A stretch of 64,000 nt of DNA from the human T2T-CHM13v2.0 reference genome, Homo sapiens, in assembly GCF_009914755.1 (NCBI RefSeq), contig NC_060948.1; one strand, given 5' to 3'. The position numbers and the translations under genes were made by a program. This document shows positions 26,901 to 50,363 of the stretch, one piece after another. Numbering within the stretch: position 1 is the first letter of the stretch; the number at the start of each line of letters is the position of its first letter. The notes under the pieces were generated by a model that ran no database searches, was not told the origin of the DNA, and saw nothing but the letters and a program-made list of their open reading frames with translations.

Positions 26901-27512
26901 TGAACTCCTACTAAAGGAGTAATTGCTAGATTTTGGTGGCCTAAAAACTTACAGAGAGATAATGCCCCATCGTTCATAATGACAATTACAAAAAACCTAT
27001 CTTCATCTCCAGGAATTCCTTAGTACCAAAATTGTATTTAAACTTCTGGGAATAAAGTTCTGGGTCCACTTATATCGATTTAATCCTGTCTCTTATGAAA
27101 ACTCACAGGCTGATGGAACACAAGAGATTGATCCCATTTATTCCTGTGAACCAATCAGTGACTTCTGACTTCTGTTCAGAAGAAATGAAAGTGATGGGTA
27201 ACATAAAGATATGGATTGGTATTCTACTTTTGGGTATAAATTGGAATCAAGCAGACAGTAACTTATTTACTGAGGGGGCACAGATTTTAGCATCTCTATA
27301 TAACCAAAAAAACCATTAGGTATGAGGAGAATTGCTGCCATTCTCTACCGTTGTGTTGCCCTGGCATATTCAACCAACCAACTTAAGTTTATAAGGATTT
27401 TATTATTATTAGGAAACTGAACATTATAAATATAGCCCCTCTTCTCCCATGTATCACAGCCACATGGGACTTAGGTGCTTCCCTTTCTATGAAGAGACAA
27501 GAAGGCACCTTT

Positions 27513-30571
<3,059 letters not shown>

Positions 30572-31159
30572 AAGAAGGCAACTTTTTAATCTAATTAGAA
30601 AACAGCTAACATCCGCCCCAACTTTAGGTTATGCTATACATAATGAAGTTGTGTGAATGTCAGCTGTTCAAGTGCAGTTATCAGACAAAGCACCTCTATG
30701 TTTTGAAAGGCACAATAATAGTTACCACCAGACTGAAGTCCGTTGTATGAGATAGCTCTCATCTTAACAATGTAATCAGACCCTTCTTTAACCAACAACA
30801 TGTGAATGTGATGGCAAGATAATTTGCCAAAAATGAGTTCCTACCCTTCTTCTTGGGGATGGTTATGGGCATGTAGAACTCATGGCTGGCCATACTTACA
30901 TTATAACTGGACAGGAAGTTGTACATGGGGTCACCCTTATCTCCCAGGAGGTATCCTCACAAAATTGGACTCTCCCCCATCTAACCAAGAAATTGTAAAA
31001 GCTTCCCATAGGCAACAAAAATGGTCATCTTGGTGGTTCTATCTGATGGCTATGTTTTCCCCACAGGTAGCTACAATTCTAAGTACAATCAAGTTAGAAG
31101 TTGAAGCTTTAGCCGAACACACTGCTACAGATTTCAATAATGCAGGCCATGCCCTTACC

Positions 31160-31465
31160 TTTTTTTAAATATATTTTTTATAAGACAGCATCTCAACTCT
31201 ATCACCCAGAGTGGAGTGGAGTGGTGTGATCTTGGCTCACCACAATTTCCACCTCCTAGGCTCAAGCAATTCTACTGCTTCAGTCTCCTGAGTAGCTGAG
31301 ATTACAGGCATGTGGCCCTACCATGTGGCTAATTTTTGTAATTTTAGGAGAAACTAGGTTTCAGCATGTTGGCCAGGCTGGACAACATGACCTGACCCCA
31401 AATGATCCACCCACCTCGACCTCCCAAAGTGCTGGGATTACAGGTGTGAGCCATTGTGCCAGGCC
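31160..31465 (-). mobile_element. Older Alu (J/early S) inserted in env TM
   Basis: Dimeric antisense Alu; CCCTTACCTT repeated at both flanks. Confidence 0.9.
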
Positions 31466-32076
31466 CCTTACCTTCTTAACTGTGGAAACTTCTCAGATTA
31501 TGCAGGTAGTCTTACAAAATCATATGGCTTTGGACATTTTAACAGCAGCTGAAAAGGGAACTTGTGCTCTGTTCAAAACTTAATGTTGTGTGTATGTTCC
31601 AGACTATTCACATAATATTACCGAGGCTATGAAAACTTTAGACACTCATATATCTGCCATTGATGTGCTATCAGTTGACCCTATATTGGCTTGGTTCAAA
31701 CAACTGCCCAATTCTTGAAGGCCTCCCTGTTAAGTTTACTTGCAATATTTTTCTCATTTTGCTTTGCTGTTGTGGAATCCATTGTAGTTGTATTCTTTGT
31801 GTAGGAATGCAAGATAATCTCACTCAATGCTTTCTTAAATTGGCCACTTATTAATCTTCCAGATATCACCTTTTGCTGAGACTTAGAGTTATGAAGGACC
31901 TTAAATATACTAATCCTCTCTGACTGAGCTTCTCTCTACCCTGAATGCAAGAAACCCTAATAGTTAGGTAGGAATATCGTTGGCCCTATTCAGCCTGAGG
32001 AAGTTACAGAAGATGGATCTTTGCCCCTCTGCAACGCTTAGGATTAAAGGTCCTCTTGTAAAGGGAGGGAGCAATA

Positions 32077-32594
32077 CATCAGAGGGACTGGAACCAGAGT
32101 GACTCCATTTGTCTGATGGCCAGAACATTGAGGCTTGAGACTTGCTGGGCTGTCATTCCAGAAAGTTAGCCATTCCTAGTCTCTACATGTTTACAGTCAA
32201 GAGAACAAATTAATAATGTTTACTAAACAGACCCAGACTTGGGAGTGTCCAGATATTTCAATATCTGGAGGACAAAGGCATTTCTAATTTTGCTTTAAAT
32301 ATAATCATATTGATTCTTGAGATATAAGTTGTAATTAAGAAAATTAATTCTTTATTACAAATTCTTGTAGCAGAACACATCTACTGATATATACAAGCTT
32401 TGTACTTAAGGTGGATGCGTTCCTCTTCTTACTTTCAAGAACATCCTGTTCTGTCTATGCAGTAGTTGTTCTTTTACCACTTTACTTTGTTAATAAACTT
32501 GCCTTTACTTTTTGCTGTACACTCATGCTTTATTCTTTCTTGAGATTCAAAAACCATCTCTTAATGTCTGGATGGGGACTCCTTTTCTGTAGTA
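32077..32594 (+). mobile_element. MER41C-like 3' LTR
   Basis: tcagagg..gaaccagagtgactccat start; tttactaaacagacccagacttgggagtgtccagatat; AATAAA ~32492. Confidence 0.88.
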
Positions 32595-33044
32595 GAAGGG
32601 GGTTACTTATATCATTTTTACATATTTTAATAACATACTCTTCTCAAATAAATGCAGTTGAATTCTAAAGAAAAAAGTTAGCTCTAAACCATGAGATGCC
32701 TTGTAGTCACATATTTGTTTTTTACTTTTATGCTGGGTGTATTCATTTTTACATGTTATTGGATGTATCAAATCTTAAAACTGATGTCTTTCTGACAAAA
32801 TACTCTTCTGCACTGACCCTTTTTATTGCTGAGAATTTTTTTTTTTTGCCTTGAAGACAATTTGACCTGATTTCATAAAAGTGCTAAGAGCTTTTTCTGT
32901 TGTTTGTTCTATGATAATTTCTTTTTGTTGACTGCTTTTATTTCTTCTTCTTATGCTTTAGTGTGAGTCTAAAAACACCTGACAATCTATAGTTGTGAAC
33001 AGGTAAGTTTAGCCTATTTGCACATAGTTACTTCAAAAATAGCA

Positions 33045-33138
33045 CTTTTTTTTCCTTTTTGAGACAGAGTCTCACTCTGTCACCTAAGCTAGAGTGCGGT
33101 GATAAGATCTCATCTTACCGCAAAACCTGCCTCCCAGT
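33045..33138 (-). mobile_element. Alu 3' fragment
   Basis: T-tract then gagacagagtctcactctgtcacc..cctgcctcccag. Confidence 0.85.
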
Positions 33139-33151
33139 TTCTTTTTTTTTT

Positions 33152-39242
<6,091 letters not shown>

Positions 39243-39257
39243 TTTCATTTTTTTTAA

Positions 39258-39660
39258 CTGAGATTCTTGGATAGGTAGATTTGTGTTTAACAGTATATTT
39301 AGAAAGTTTCAACCATTTTTTATTCAAATATTCTTCCTATTCCTATCTCCTTTTCCTGTGAGACTCTTATTATGGATATGTTGATATGCTTGATGGTGTC
39401 CCATGGCTGACTTAGTTTTGCTTATTTTCCTTTATTGTTTTTCTTCTCTTATTCCTTAGACTGAATAATGCTAAACAGTTCATCTGCAACTTCCCTGATT
39501 ATGGTTTCTGCCTGTTTATGCATCTTATTCAATCCCTCTAGTTAGAGGATATTGATTCCATTATTTAAAATTATGTATATGTATTCATTGGTATTCTGCA
39601 TTTATTGAAAACTTGTTCTCCCAGCTTCCCTTAGGGCTTTGAGAACATTTAAGTAAAGTG
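39258..39660 (-). mobile_element. Old L1M ORF1-region fragment
   Basis: tatgcttgatggtgtcccat and ccattttttattcaaatatt motifs. Confidence 0.55.
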
Positions 39661-39697
39661 AAATAAAATATTTGCCTAGAAAGAACCATGAATTACT

Positions 39698-39942
39698 AGG
39701 GAGGATTGCTTAAGTCCAGGAATTGAGACCATTAGGGGTAACAAAACAAGACCCTGTCTCTAGATAAAATAAACATTAGCAATGTTAGTGGCATGCACTT
39801 CTGGTCTTAGCTACATGACAGGCTGAAGTGAGGGGGTCACTTGAGCTCAGGAGTTCGAGGCTGCAGTGAACCTAGTTCTGCCTGTGTGACTGAGGGATAC
39901 CCTGTCTCAATAAAGTGAAATAAAATAAAACAATAAAATAAA
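39698..39942 (+). mobile_element. Diverged, 5'-truncated AluJ
   Basis: ggaggattgcttaagtccagg..cttgagctcaggagttcgaggctgcagtga..ccctgtctca plus A-rich tail. Confidence 0.8.
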
Positions 39943-39944
39943 GA

Positions 39945-41098
39945 TATGACAAATAATTAAGAAAAGTATCTGTGCTACTAGCACACTTTTTATAACAAAC
40001 AATTTTTGACACTAAAACAGAGAAAGGTAGGGGCAGCAGTATGGAAAAACTTGTATAATGTCCACAGTAAATTGTAATTCACTGTATATTATTATAAATT
40101 TAAGATATCAATACAATCCCCCTAATGGCCACCATGAAAATAACTCTTAAAATGTACTGAAAATAAATGAGGAGGCAGTAAAAATGGTACCCTTAGAAAA
40201 ACAATCAAATGCAAAAATGAGCAGGTTTTGAAGCAATTGAAGAAGAAATAAGTGACTTGTGGAAAACAAGGAGCAAAATAGAATGAATTATTTTCTTATC
40301 AGTGATTTAAATGCAAATTCATTAAACTCCAGTTAAAAGACACAGATGGGCAGCATGGTTTTTAAAATATTTTTTTTGAATGGAGGCATTCAATTTTATG
40401 TAAACATTAACAAAAAAAGAACTGGAGAAACTATGCTAATGTCAAAAAAGTTTAATCCATCAAGAAGATATAACATACATATACCTAATAATAGATCCTT
40501 AGGATGTATGAAAGAAAAACCAACAGATTTGAGGAATTAGACAGTTCTGCAATTGTGTCTGAAGATTTCAACATCCCACTTTCAACAATACATGAAACAA
40601 CTGAACAGAAGATCAATAGGAAAACGTATGTCTTAAATAGCATTATACACCAAATAAGGCTATCAAACATATAAAAAACAGTTTAGTTTCCAAACTGACT
40701 ACACATCCTTCTGAAATGTACACGGGTTATTCTCCATGTTGTTTCCTGAACAGACTACATGGTACACTACAAAACAAGTCTCATTATATTTAAAATGGTT
40801 GAAATCACACATAATATTTTCCCCAACCACAGTGGAATAAAACTAGAGACCCATTTTCAAAAAACTAGAAGTGTAAAATAGGTGGAAATAAAACAATAAA
40901 TAAAACAATGGCTCACTAAAGAATCTGCAAGTAATTATGAATTACTTGCAGATAAATGGAAAAATACCACATACTAAAACTTCTGGAATACAACAAAATC
41001 AATTCTGAGAAATATATAATTGTAAAATATACATAAAAAAGAAATATAAACTCAATAATATAAAATTACACACAAAGACGTAGAAAACTGCAAACTAG
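39945..41098 (+). mobile_element. Old L1M inter-ORF/ORF2 endonuclease fragment
   Basis: gaagatttcaacatcccactttcaa (GDFNTPLS-like); aaccacagtggaataaaactaga. Confidence 0.7.
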
Positions 41099-42706
41099 AG
41101 GAGAGAACTGTTGGCATAGTAATGAAAGCTTGCATCACTCCCTCCAACCCACCATCCAACTCAAACCCCCAGAACATACATAGGAAACAACAACAAAACA
41201 ACTATATATACACATATGAGAGGTTATCACCGGTTATCACCAACAGTATCTTAGAACTCAAATAGGAGAATGAGACAGTTTCTAGGGTAACACAGAAGTG
41301 AAAAAACTCCATGCAGATCGTAAAACAGTTGGGTTCTACATTCATGACACTTCCATATTCATGACACTTTTCTAGTATGCCAACAAACTTGTGTGAAAAA
41401 AAAATTCCCCTGACTTATGGTTACTAACTAGAAAAAATAAGATTCAGATGGACAACCAGCTTTCCAATCATTTCGGGTTCCCTAGAAGAACTCTTTCTTC
41501 CTTAACTCATGGGAAGCCTTGTAATGTCTTAAGGTAAAAAATTTCCTGAGGAAATCCAGGGATAAAGCATGGAGGCAGCACTACTGTTTCCAGCCTGGTT
41601 ATTTCAGCCACAGAAGATGTCAAATCAGAGTGCCTGTGCAGCAGTACCATGTAGTATATGGTATATTTCACGATTTCCCTAAGCACAAACCAATGGCCAG
41701 CCTTCCCACCCTGCTAGGGTATCCCCTTCAGGATCTCCCTAATAGGGGATTAGCACTGCTTGAAGCTTGCTAGAGCTGAGACAGACCTGGGCTTAAGGCA
41801 CCATTTATGGCCAAAAAAGAGGTACTGACCTAGTCAAAAACAAAGAAATGAAACCTCAACAACAAGTATGTTGTAAAGAAACCTCAAAGCAAACATATCC
41901 AATAAAAAACAAAATAAGACAGAGATAATATTGGACTAAATAACTAATCCTTCAATAAAAAGATATGGATATATAACCACAAGAAATACCAAACAGGGAA
42001 CCATAACCTTCCCAAATGGATGAAGCAAGGAACCAGTGACCAATGCTAACTAATGAGATGGCTATCAGTGAGTTCTCTGATCAAGAATTCAAAATAGCAG
42101 TTTTCAGGAATCTCAAGTCTCCAAATCATCACTAAAAAGGAAAAAATAAACAAATGAAATAAAATAATTAAAAATTTTAAAGATCCTGGAACTGAGAAAT
42201 ATATTGGCTAAAGTAAAAATCTCACTAGAGGCTCTGAAAGCAGAAGAGATGTAATAGAATAAACAATCAGTGAGCTCTATAACAGGTTTTTAGAAAATGC
42301 ACAAAGAAGTAGAACGGAAAACAATGAAAAGGAATAAAGAACACTTACAAGATATACACAATTAACTCAAAAGAGCAAATCTAATAATTAGTGATTTGTA
42401 AGATGGAGCTCAGCAAGAGGAATGGACAGAGAGAATATTCAAATGAATAGTAACAACTTTCTAAAATGTGACAGAGATATAAATCTACAGGTTCTGAAAG
42501 ATCAGAGAACACCAAACAGATTAAAGCAACCAAATAAAACTACCACAAGGCAAATAATAATTGATGTCTAAAACATCAAGAATACAGGGGATCCTTAAAG
42601 CACTAAAGGAAAAGAAACAACAAACAGAAAAGCTTGAAATTATTTGGAAACAGATTTGTTGACAGGCCAGGAGGGGTTGGAATGGCATATTCAAAGTGCT
42701 GGAAAA

Positions 42707-45700
42707 GAACAATCATTCCAAGATGGCCAAATAGAACAGCTCCAGTCTATAGCTCCCACTGTGCTCGATGCAGAAGATGGGTGATTTCTGCATTTCCAAC
42801 TGAGGTACCTTGTTCATCTCATTGGGACTGGTTGGACAATGGGTTCAGCCCAGGGAGTGTGAGCCAAAGCAGGGTGGGGCATCGCCTCACCTGGGAAGTG
42901 CAGAGTTGGGGGATTTCCCTTTCCTAGCCAAGGGAAGCTATGACAGATGGTAACTGGAAAAGTAGGACACTCCTGCCCTAATGCTGCACTTTTCCAATGG
43001 TCTTAGCAAACAGTACACCTAGAGATTATATCCTATGCCTGGCTTGGTGGGTCCCACACCAAGGGAACCTTGCTCACTGCTAGCACAGCCGTCCCATATC
43101 GAACCGCAAGGTGGCAGCCAGGCTGTGGGAGCGTCAGCTGCCATTGCTAAGGCTTGACTAGGTAAACAAAACAGCCAGGAAGCTCGATCTGGGCATAGCC
43201 CACTGCAGCTTAGCGAGGCCTGCCTGCATCTATAGGCTCCACCCCTTGGAGTAGGATATAGCTGAACAAAAGGCAGCAGAAACTTCTGCAGACATAAACT
43301 TCCCTGTTTGACAGCTCTGAAGAGAGCAGTGGTTCTCCCAAGCACAGAGTTTGAGCTCTGAGACAAAGCTTCCAGAGGAAGGATCAGGCAGCAATATTTG
43401 TTGTTCAGTAATGTTTGCTGTTCAGCAATATTTGCTGTTCTGCAATATTTGCTGTTCTGCAGCCTCTGCTGGTGACACCCAGGAAAAGAGGGTCTGAAGT
43501 TGACCTCCAGGAAACTCCAACAGACTTGCAGCTGAGGGTCCTGGCTGTTAGAAGGAAAACTAACAAACAGAAAAGAATAACATCAACATCAACATAACAT
43601 AAAGGACATCTGCACAAAAACTCCATTTATAGGTCACCATCATCTAAGACCAAAGGTAGATAAAACCACAAAGATGGAGAGAATTCAGAGTAGAAAAGTT
43701 GAAAATTCTAAATACTGAGTGCCTTTTCTCTTCCAAAGGCTTGCAGCTCCTTTCCAGCAATGAAACAAAGCTGGATGCAGAATGACTTTGATGAGTTGAC
43801 AGAAGTAGGCTTCAGAAGTTTGGTAATAACAAACTTCTCTGACCTAAAGGATGATGTTCAAAACCATTGCAAGAAAGCTAAAAACTTTGAAAAAATATAG
43901 ATGAATGCCTAACTAGAAATAACAGCATAGAGAAGAATTTAAATGACATGATGGAGCTGAAAAACATGGCATGAGAACAGTGTGATGCTTGCACAAGCTT
44001 CAGTACCCAATTAGATCAAGTGGAAGAAAGGGTATCAGTGATTGAAGATAAAATTAGTGAAATGCAGCAAGAGGAGAAGTTTAGAGAAAAAAGAAATAAT
44101 CAAAGCCTCCAAGAAATATGGGACTGTGTGAAAAGACCAAATCTGTGTTTGATTGGTGAACCTGAAAGTGATGGGGAGAAGGGAACCAAGTTGGAAAACA
44201 CTTCAGGGTATTATCCAGGAGAACTCCCCCAACCTAGTAAGGCAGGTCAACATTCAAACTCAAGAAACAGAGAGAATGCCATAAGGATACTCTTTGAGAA
44301 GAGCAACCCCAAGACACACAATTGTCAGATTCACAAGGTTGAAATAAAGGAAAAAATGTTAAGCACAGCCTGAGAGAAAGGTCAGGTTTTCAACAAAGGA
44401 AGCCCATCAGACTAACAGCAGATCTCTCAGCAGAAACTCTACATGCCAGTAGAGATTGGGGGCCAATATTCAACATTCTTAAGGGAAATAATTTTCAACT
44501 CAGAATTTCATATCCAGCCAAACTAAGCTTCACAATTGAAGGAGAAATAAAATCCTTTACAGACAAGCAAATTCTGAGAGATTTTGTCACCACCAGACCT
44601 GCATTATAAGAGCTCTTGAAGGAAGCATTAAACGTGGGAATGAACAACCGATACCAGCCACTGCAAAAACATACCAAATTGTAAAGACCATTGATGCTAG
44701 GAAAAAACTAGAAAAAAACATCATAATGACAGAATCGAACTCACTCATAACAATATGAACCTTAAATGTAAATGGCTTAAATGCCCCGATTAAAAGACAC
44801 AGACTGGAAAATTGGATAAAGAGTCAAAACCCGTCAGTGTGTTGTATTCATGAGACCCATCTCATGTGCAGAGACAGACATAGGTTCAAAATAAAGGGAT
44901 GGAGGAATATCTACCAAGCAAATGGAAAACAAATAAAAAGCAGTGGTTGCAAACTTAGTCTCTGATAAAACAGAGTTTTTACCAACAAAGATCAAAAGAG
45001 ACAAATAAGACCATTACATACTGGTAAAGGTATCAATTCAACAAGAAGATAAAACTATCTTATATATGCGCCCAATGTGGAGAACCCAGATTCATAAAGC
45101 AAGTCCTTAGAGATCTACAAAGAGACTTAGACTCCCACACAATAATAATGGGAGATTTTAATACTCCATTGTCAACATTAGACAGATCAATGAGACAGAA
45201 GGTTAACAAAGATATCCAGGACTTGAACTCAACTCTGCACCAAGTGGATCTAATAGACATCTACAGAACTCTGCACCCCAAATCAACAGAATATACATTC
45301 TTCTCAGCACTGCATCATACTTATTCCAAAACTGACCACTTAGTTGGAAGTAAAGCACTCCTCAGCAAATGTAAAAGAATAGAAATCACAACAAACTCTC
45401 TCAGACCATAGTGCAATCAAATTAGAACTCAGGATTAAGAAACTTAACCAAAACTGCACAACTACATGGAAACTGAATAACAAGCTCCTGAAAGATAACT
45501 GGATAAATAACGAAATGAAGGTAGAAATAAAGATGTTCTTTGAAACCAGTGAGAACAAAGACACACATAACAGAATCTCTGGTCACATTTAAAGCATTAT
45601 GTACATTAAAAATTTTAGTACCAAATGCCCACAAGAGAAAGAGGGAAAGATCTAAAACTGACACCCTAACATCACAATTAAAAGAATTAGAGAAGCAAGG

Positions 45701-48700
45701 GCAAGCCAATTCAAAAGCTAGCAGAAGGCAAGAAATTACTAAGATTAGAGCAGCACGGAAGGAGACAGAGACACAATAAACCCTTCAAAAAATCAATGAC
45801 TCCAGGATCTGTTTTTTTTGGAAATATCAACCAATAGACCACTAGCAAGACTAATAAAGAAGAAAAGAGAGAATAATCAAATAGATGAAATAAAAATGAT
45901 AAAGGGGATATCACCACCGATCCCACAGAAATACCAACTACCATCAGAGAATACTGTAAACGCCTCTATGCAAATAAACTAGAAAGTCTAGAAGAAATGG
46001 ATGAATTATTGGACACATACACCCTCCCCAGATTCAACCAGGAAGAAGTAGAATCCCTGAATAGATCAATAACAGGCTCTGAAATTGAGGCAATTATTAA
46101 TAGCCTACCAACCAAAAAAAGTCCAGGACCAGACAGATTCACAGCTGAATTCTACTTGAGGTACAAAGAGGAGATGGTACCATTCCTTCTGAAACTATTT
46201 CAATCAACAGAGAAAGAGGGAATCCTCCTTAACTCATTTTATGAGGCCAGCATCATCCTGATACCTAAGCCTGGCAGAGACACAACAACAAACAAGAGTT
46301 TTAGACCAATATCCTTGCTGACCATAGATGCAAAAATCCTCAATAAAATACTGGCAAATCAAATCCAGCAGAACATCAAAAAGCGTATCCACCACGATCA
46401 AGTTGGCTTATCCCTGGGATGCAAGGTACGTTGAACTGACACAAATCAATAAACGTAATCCGTCACATAAACAGAACCAAAGACAAAAACCACGTGATTA
46501 TCTAATAGATGCAGAAAGGGTCTTTGATAAACTTCAACAGCCCTTCATGTGAAAACTTCTCAATAAACTAGGTATTGATGGGACATATCTCAAAATAATA
46601 AAAGTTGTTTATGACAAACCCACAGTCAATATCATATGGAATGGGTAAAAACTGGAAGCATTCCCTTTGAAAACTGGCACAAGACAGGGATGCCCTCTCT
46701 CACCACTCCTATTCAACATAGTGTTGGAAGTTCTGGCCAGGGAAATCAGAGAGGAGAAAGCAATAAACTGTATTCAGTTAGGAAAAGAGGAAGCCAAATT
46801 GTCCCTGTTTGCAGATGATATAATTGTATATTTAGAAAACTGCATCACCTTAGCCCCAAATCCATTTAAGCTGGTAAGCAACTTCAGCAAAGTCTCAAGA
46901 TACAAAATCAATGTGGAAAAACCATAAGCATTCCTATACACCAATAACAGACAAACATAAAGCCAAATCATGATCGAATTCACATTCACAATTGCCTCAA
47001 AGAGAATAAAATACCTAGGAATCCAAATTACAAGGGATGTGAAGGACCTCTTCAAGAAGAACTACAAACCACTGCTCAATGAAATAAAAGAGGACACAAA
47101 CAAGTGGAAGAACATTCCATGATCACAGATAGGAAGAATCAATATAGTGATAGTGGCCATATTGCCAATGTAATTTATAGATTCAATGCCATCCTTATCA
47201 AGCTATCAATGACTTTCTTCACAGAATTGGAAAAAACTACTTTAAAGTTCATATGGAACCAAAAAATATCCTGTATTGCTAAGGCATTCCTAAGCCAAAA
47301 GAACAAAGCTGGAGGCATCATGCTACCTGACTTCAAATTATGCTACAAGGCTACAATAACCAAAACAACATGGTACTGGTACCAAAACAGAAATATAGAC
47401 AAATAGAATAGAACAGAGCCCTCAGAAATAATACCACACATCTACAACCATCTGATCTTTGATAAACTTGACAAAAACATCAATGGGGAAAGGATTCCCT
47501 ATTTAATAAATGGTGCTGGGAAAACTGGCTAGCCATATGTAGAAAGTTGAAACTGGATCCCTTCCTTACACCTCATATAAAAATTAATTCAAGATGGATT
47601 AAAGACTTAAATGTTAGATCTAAAACCATAAAAACCCTAGAAGAAACCCTAGGCAATACCATTCAGGACATAGGCATGGGCATGAATTTCATGACTAAAA
47701 CACAAAAAGCAATGGCAACAAAAGCCAAAATTGACAAATGGGATCTAATTAAACTAAAGAGCTTATGCATAGCAAAATAAACTACCATCAGAGTTAACAG
47801 GCAACCTATAGAATGGGAGAAAATTTCTGCAATCTACTCACCTGACAAAGGGCTAATATCCAGAATCCACAAATAACTTAAACAAATTTACAAGAAAAAA
47901 TCGAAAAACTCCATCAAAAAGTGGGTGAAGGATATGAATAGACACTTCTCAAAAGAAGATATTTATGCAGTCAAAAGACACATGAAAAAATGCTCATCAT
48001 CACAGGTCATCAGAGAAACACAAATCAAAACCACAATGAGATACCATCTCACATCAGTTAGAATGGCGATCATTAAAAAGCCAGGAAACAGGTTCTGTAG
48101 AGGATGTGGAGAAATAGGAACACTTTTACACTGTTGGTAGGAGTGTAAACTAGTTCAACCATCGTGGAAGACAGTGTGGCAATTCCCCAAGGATCTAGAA
48201 CTAGAAATATCATTTGACCCAGCGATCCCATTACTGGGTATATACCCAAAGGTTTATTAATCATGCTACTACAAAGACACATGCACATGTATGTTTATTG
48301 TGGCAGTATTCACAATAGCAAAGACTTGGAACCAACCCAAATGTCCATAAATAATAGACTGGATTAAGAAAATGTGGCACATATGCACCCTGGAATACTA
48401 TGCAGCCATAAAAATGGATGAGTTAATGTCCTTTGTAGTGACATGGACGAAGCTGGAAACCATCATTCTGAACAAACTATCACAAAGACAGAAAACCAAA
48501 CAACACATGTTCTCATTCATAGGTGGGAACTGAACAATGAGAACACTTGGACACAGGGCTGGGAACATCACACACTGGGGCCTGTCATGGGGTTGGGGGA
48601 GTGGAGAGGGACAGCATTAGGCAAAATACCTAATGTAAGGGATGAGTTAAAGGGTGCAGCACACCAAGGGGGCACATATGTACATATGTAACAAACCTGC

Positions 48701-48760
48701 ACGTTGTGCACATATACCCTAAAATTTAACATATAATAATAATAAACAAATAAATAAAAT
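42707..48760 (+). mobile_element. Full-length L1PA (PA6/7-like), disrupted, exact 14-bp TSD
   Basis: ccaagatggcc start; ORF1 ATG ~43674; ORF2 ATG ~44726; TSD AAAGTGCTGGAAAA 42693-42706 / 48761-48774. Confidence 0.96.
43391..43458. repeat. 17-bp tandem repeat GCAATATTTGCTGTTC(T/A) x4 in L1 5'UTR
   Basis: Units at 43391, 43408, 43425, 43442. Confidence 0.93.
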
Positions 48761-49034
48761 AAAGTGCTGGAAAAATAAAAGAAAATAATTGGAAAATTTT
48801 TCACCACCAGACCTGTCTTATAAGTAATGCTAAAGAGAGTTCCTCACCCTGAGAAAGAAGAAAAAAAAAAAAATCAAACACTGATGTACAAAAACACTTG
48901 AAGGTATACACCCACTGGTGATAGGAGGTACAGACACATTCTCAGAATACACTACTACTGTAATTGTGGTGCCCAATCTGTTTATAATTCCAGTAGTAAG
49001 ATTAACAAATTAATCTATTAAACATAGTAAGATC

Positions 49035-49345
49035 GGCTGGGTATGTGGCTCAAGTCTGTTATCCCAACACTTTGGAGACTGAGGTGGGTGGGTCACTGGA
49101 GGCCAGGAGTTCAAGACCAGCCTAGCCAACATGGTGAAAACCCATCTCTACTAAAAATACAAAAATTCACCACGCATGGTGGCACACACCTGTATCCCCA
49201 GTAACTGGTACAGGCTCCTGTAACCCCAGCAACTAGGGATGCTGAGGCAAGAGAGTTGCTTGAACCTGGGAGGTGGAGATAGCACCACTACACCCCAGCC
49301 TGGGTGACAGAGTGAGACTACATGTCAAATAATTAATAATAATAA
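49035..49345 (+). mobile_element. Alu (S/J) with internal duplication and deletion
   Basis: cctgtatccccagtaact/cctgtaaccccagcaact repeated; ggaggtggag joined to atagcacc. Confidence 0.9.
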
Positions 49346-49378
49346 TAAGGCTGGATAAAAGTTTTAAAAGGCAATATA

Positions 49379-49675
49379 GGTCAGGTGCGGTGGCACACAC
49401 CTGTAATCCCAGCACTTTGGGAGGCGGAGATGAATGGGTCACTTGAAGTAGTCATTGAAGACCAGCCTGGCCAACAAGGAGAAACCCCATCTTTATTAAA
49501 AATACAAAAATGAACCAGACATGGTAGTACACATCTGTACTCCTAGCTACTCAGAAGGATGAAGCCAGAGAAGTACTTGTACTCAGGAGGCAGAGATTGC
49601 AGTGAGCTGATGTTGCACCACCGCACTCCAGCCTGTGTGACAGAGTGAGGCCCTGTCTCAAAACAAAACAAAACA
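49379..49675 (+). mobile_element. Alu (older S/J)
   Basis: Dimeric; (CAAAA)n tail; aaaggcaa(t/c)at on both flanks. Confidence 0.9.
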
Positions 49676-49883
49676 TTTAAAAATGCATAAAGGCAACATC
49701 AAGTAAAAAGAGAGGTAGGCAGAAGTCAAATATAGAGTTTTTTAAATGTTTTTGTTTGTTTTTAGTGTAATCAAAGGTAAGGTATTGGTTTAAAATAAGT
49801 TGTTGTACCTATGTGATTTTTTTTAAGCCTCAGGGTAACCACGAAGCAAAAACCTTTAATAAATGCACTAAAAAGAAAGACGA

Positions 49884-50189
49884 GGCAGGGCGCATGGATC
49901 ACGCCTGTAATCCCAGCACTTTGGGAGGCTGAGGCGGGCAGATCATGAGGTCAGGAGATCGAGACCATCCTGAACAACGTGGTGATACCCCGTCTCTACT
50001 AAAAATACAAAAAAATTAGCCAGGCATGGTGTTGGGCACCTGTAGTCCCAGCTACTCATGAGCCTGAGGCAGGAGAATGGCGTGGACCCAGGAGGTGGAG
50101 CTTGCAGTGAACCGAGATTGCGCCACTGCACTCCAACCTGGGTGACAGAGTGAGACTCTGTTTCAAAAAAAAAAAAAAAAAAAAAAAAA
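49884..50189 (+). mobile_element. AluY-like SINE
   Basis: gagatcgagaccatcctg, gaatggcgtg and gagcttgcagtg diagnostic blocks; A25 tail. Confidence 0.92.
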
Positions 50190-50295
50190 GGAAATGAAAG
50201 ACACGCAAATTAAAAATACTACCAAAAAATCACTTAGCCACAAAAGAAAAAAAGGAAGAGAGCCATAGCAAAACAATCAGAAAAGAAGTAACAAA

Positions 50296-50363
50296 ATGGC
50301 AGTAGTTAGTTCATACCTGTCATACCTATGGCAGTAGTTAGTTCATACCTATCATACCTATCA
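50296..50363. repeat. 32-bp tandem duplication containing a 9-bp duplication
   Basis: ATGGCAGTAGTTAGTTCATACCT(G/A)TCATACCT at 50296 and 50328. Confidence 0.93.

Noticed and set aside
32150-32445. MER41 STAT1/GAS interferon enhancer
   Set aside because: Candidate sites read TTCCAGAA and TTCAAGAA (2-nt spacer), not TTCN3GAA, and the LTR looks like MER41C rather than MER41B
32595-33044. Possible unique or regulatory sequence
   Set aside because: AT-rich and unassignable by eye; probably a very old repeat, with no supportable feature
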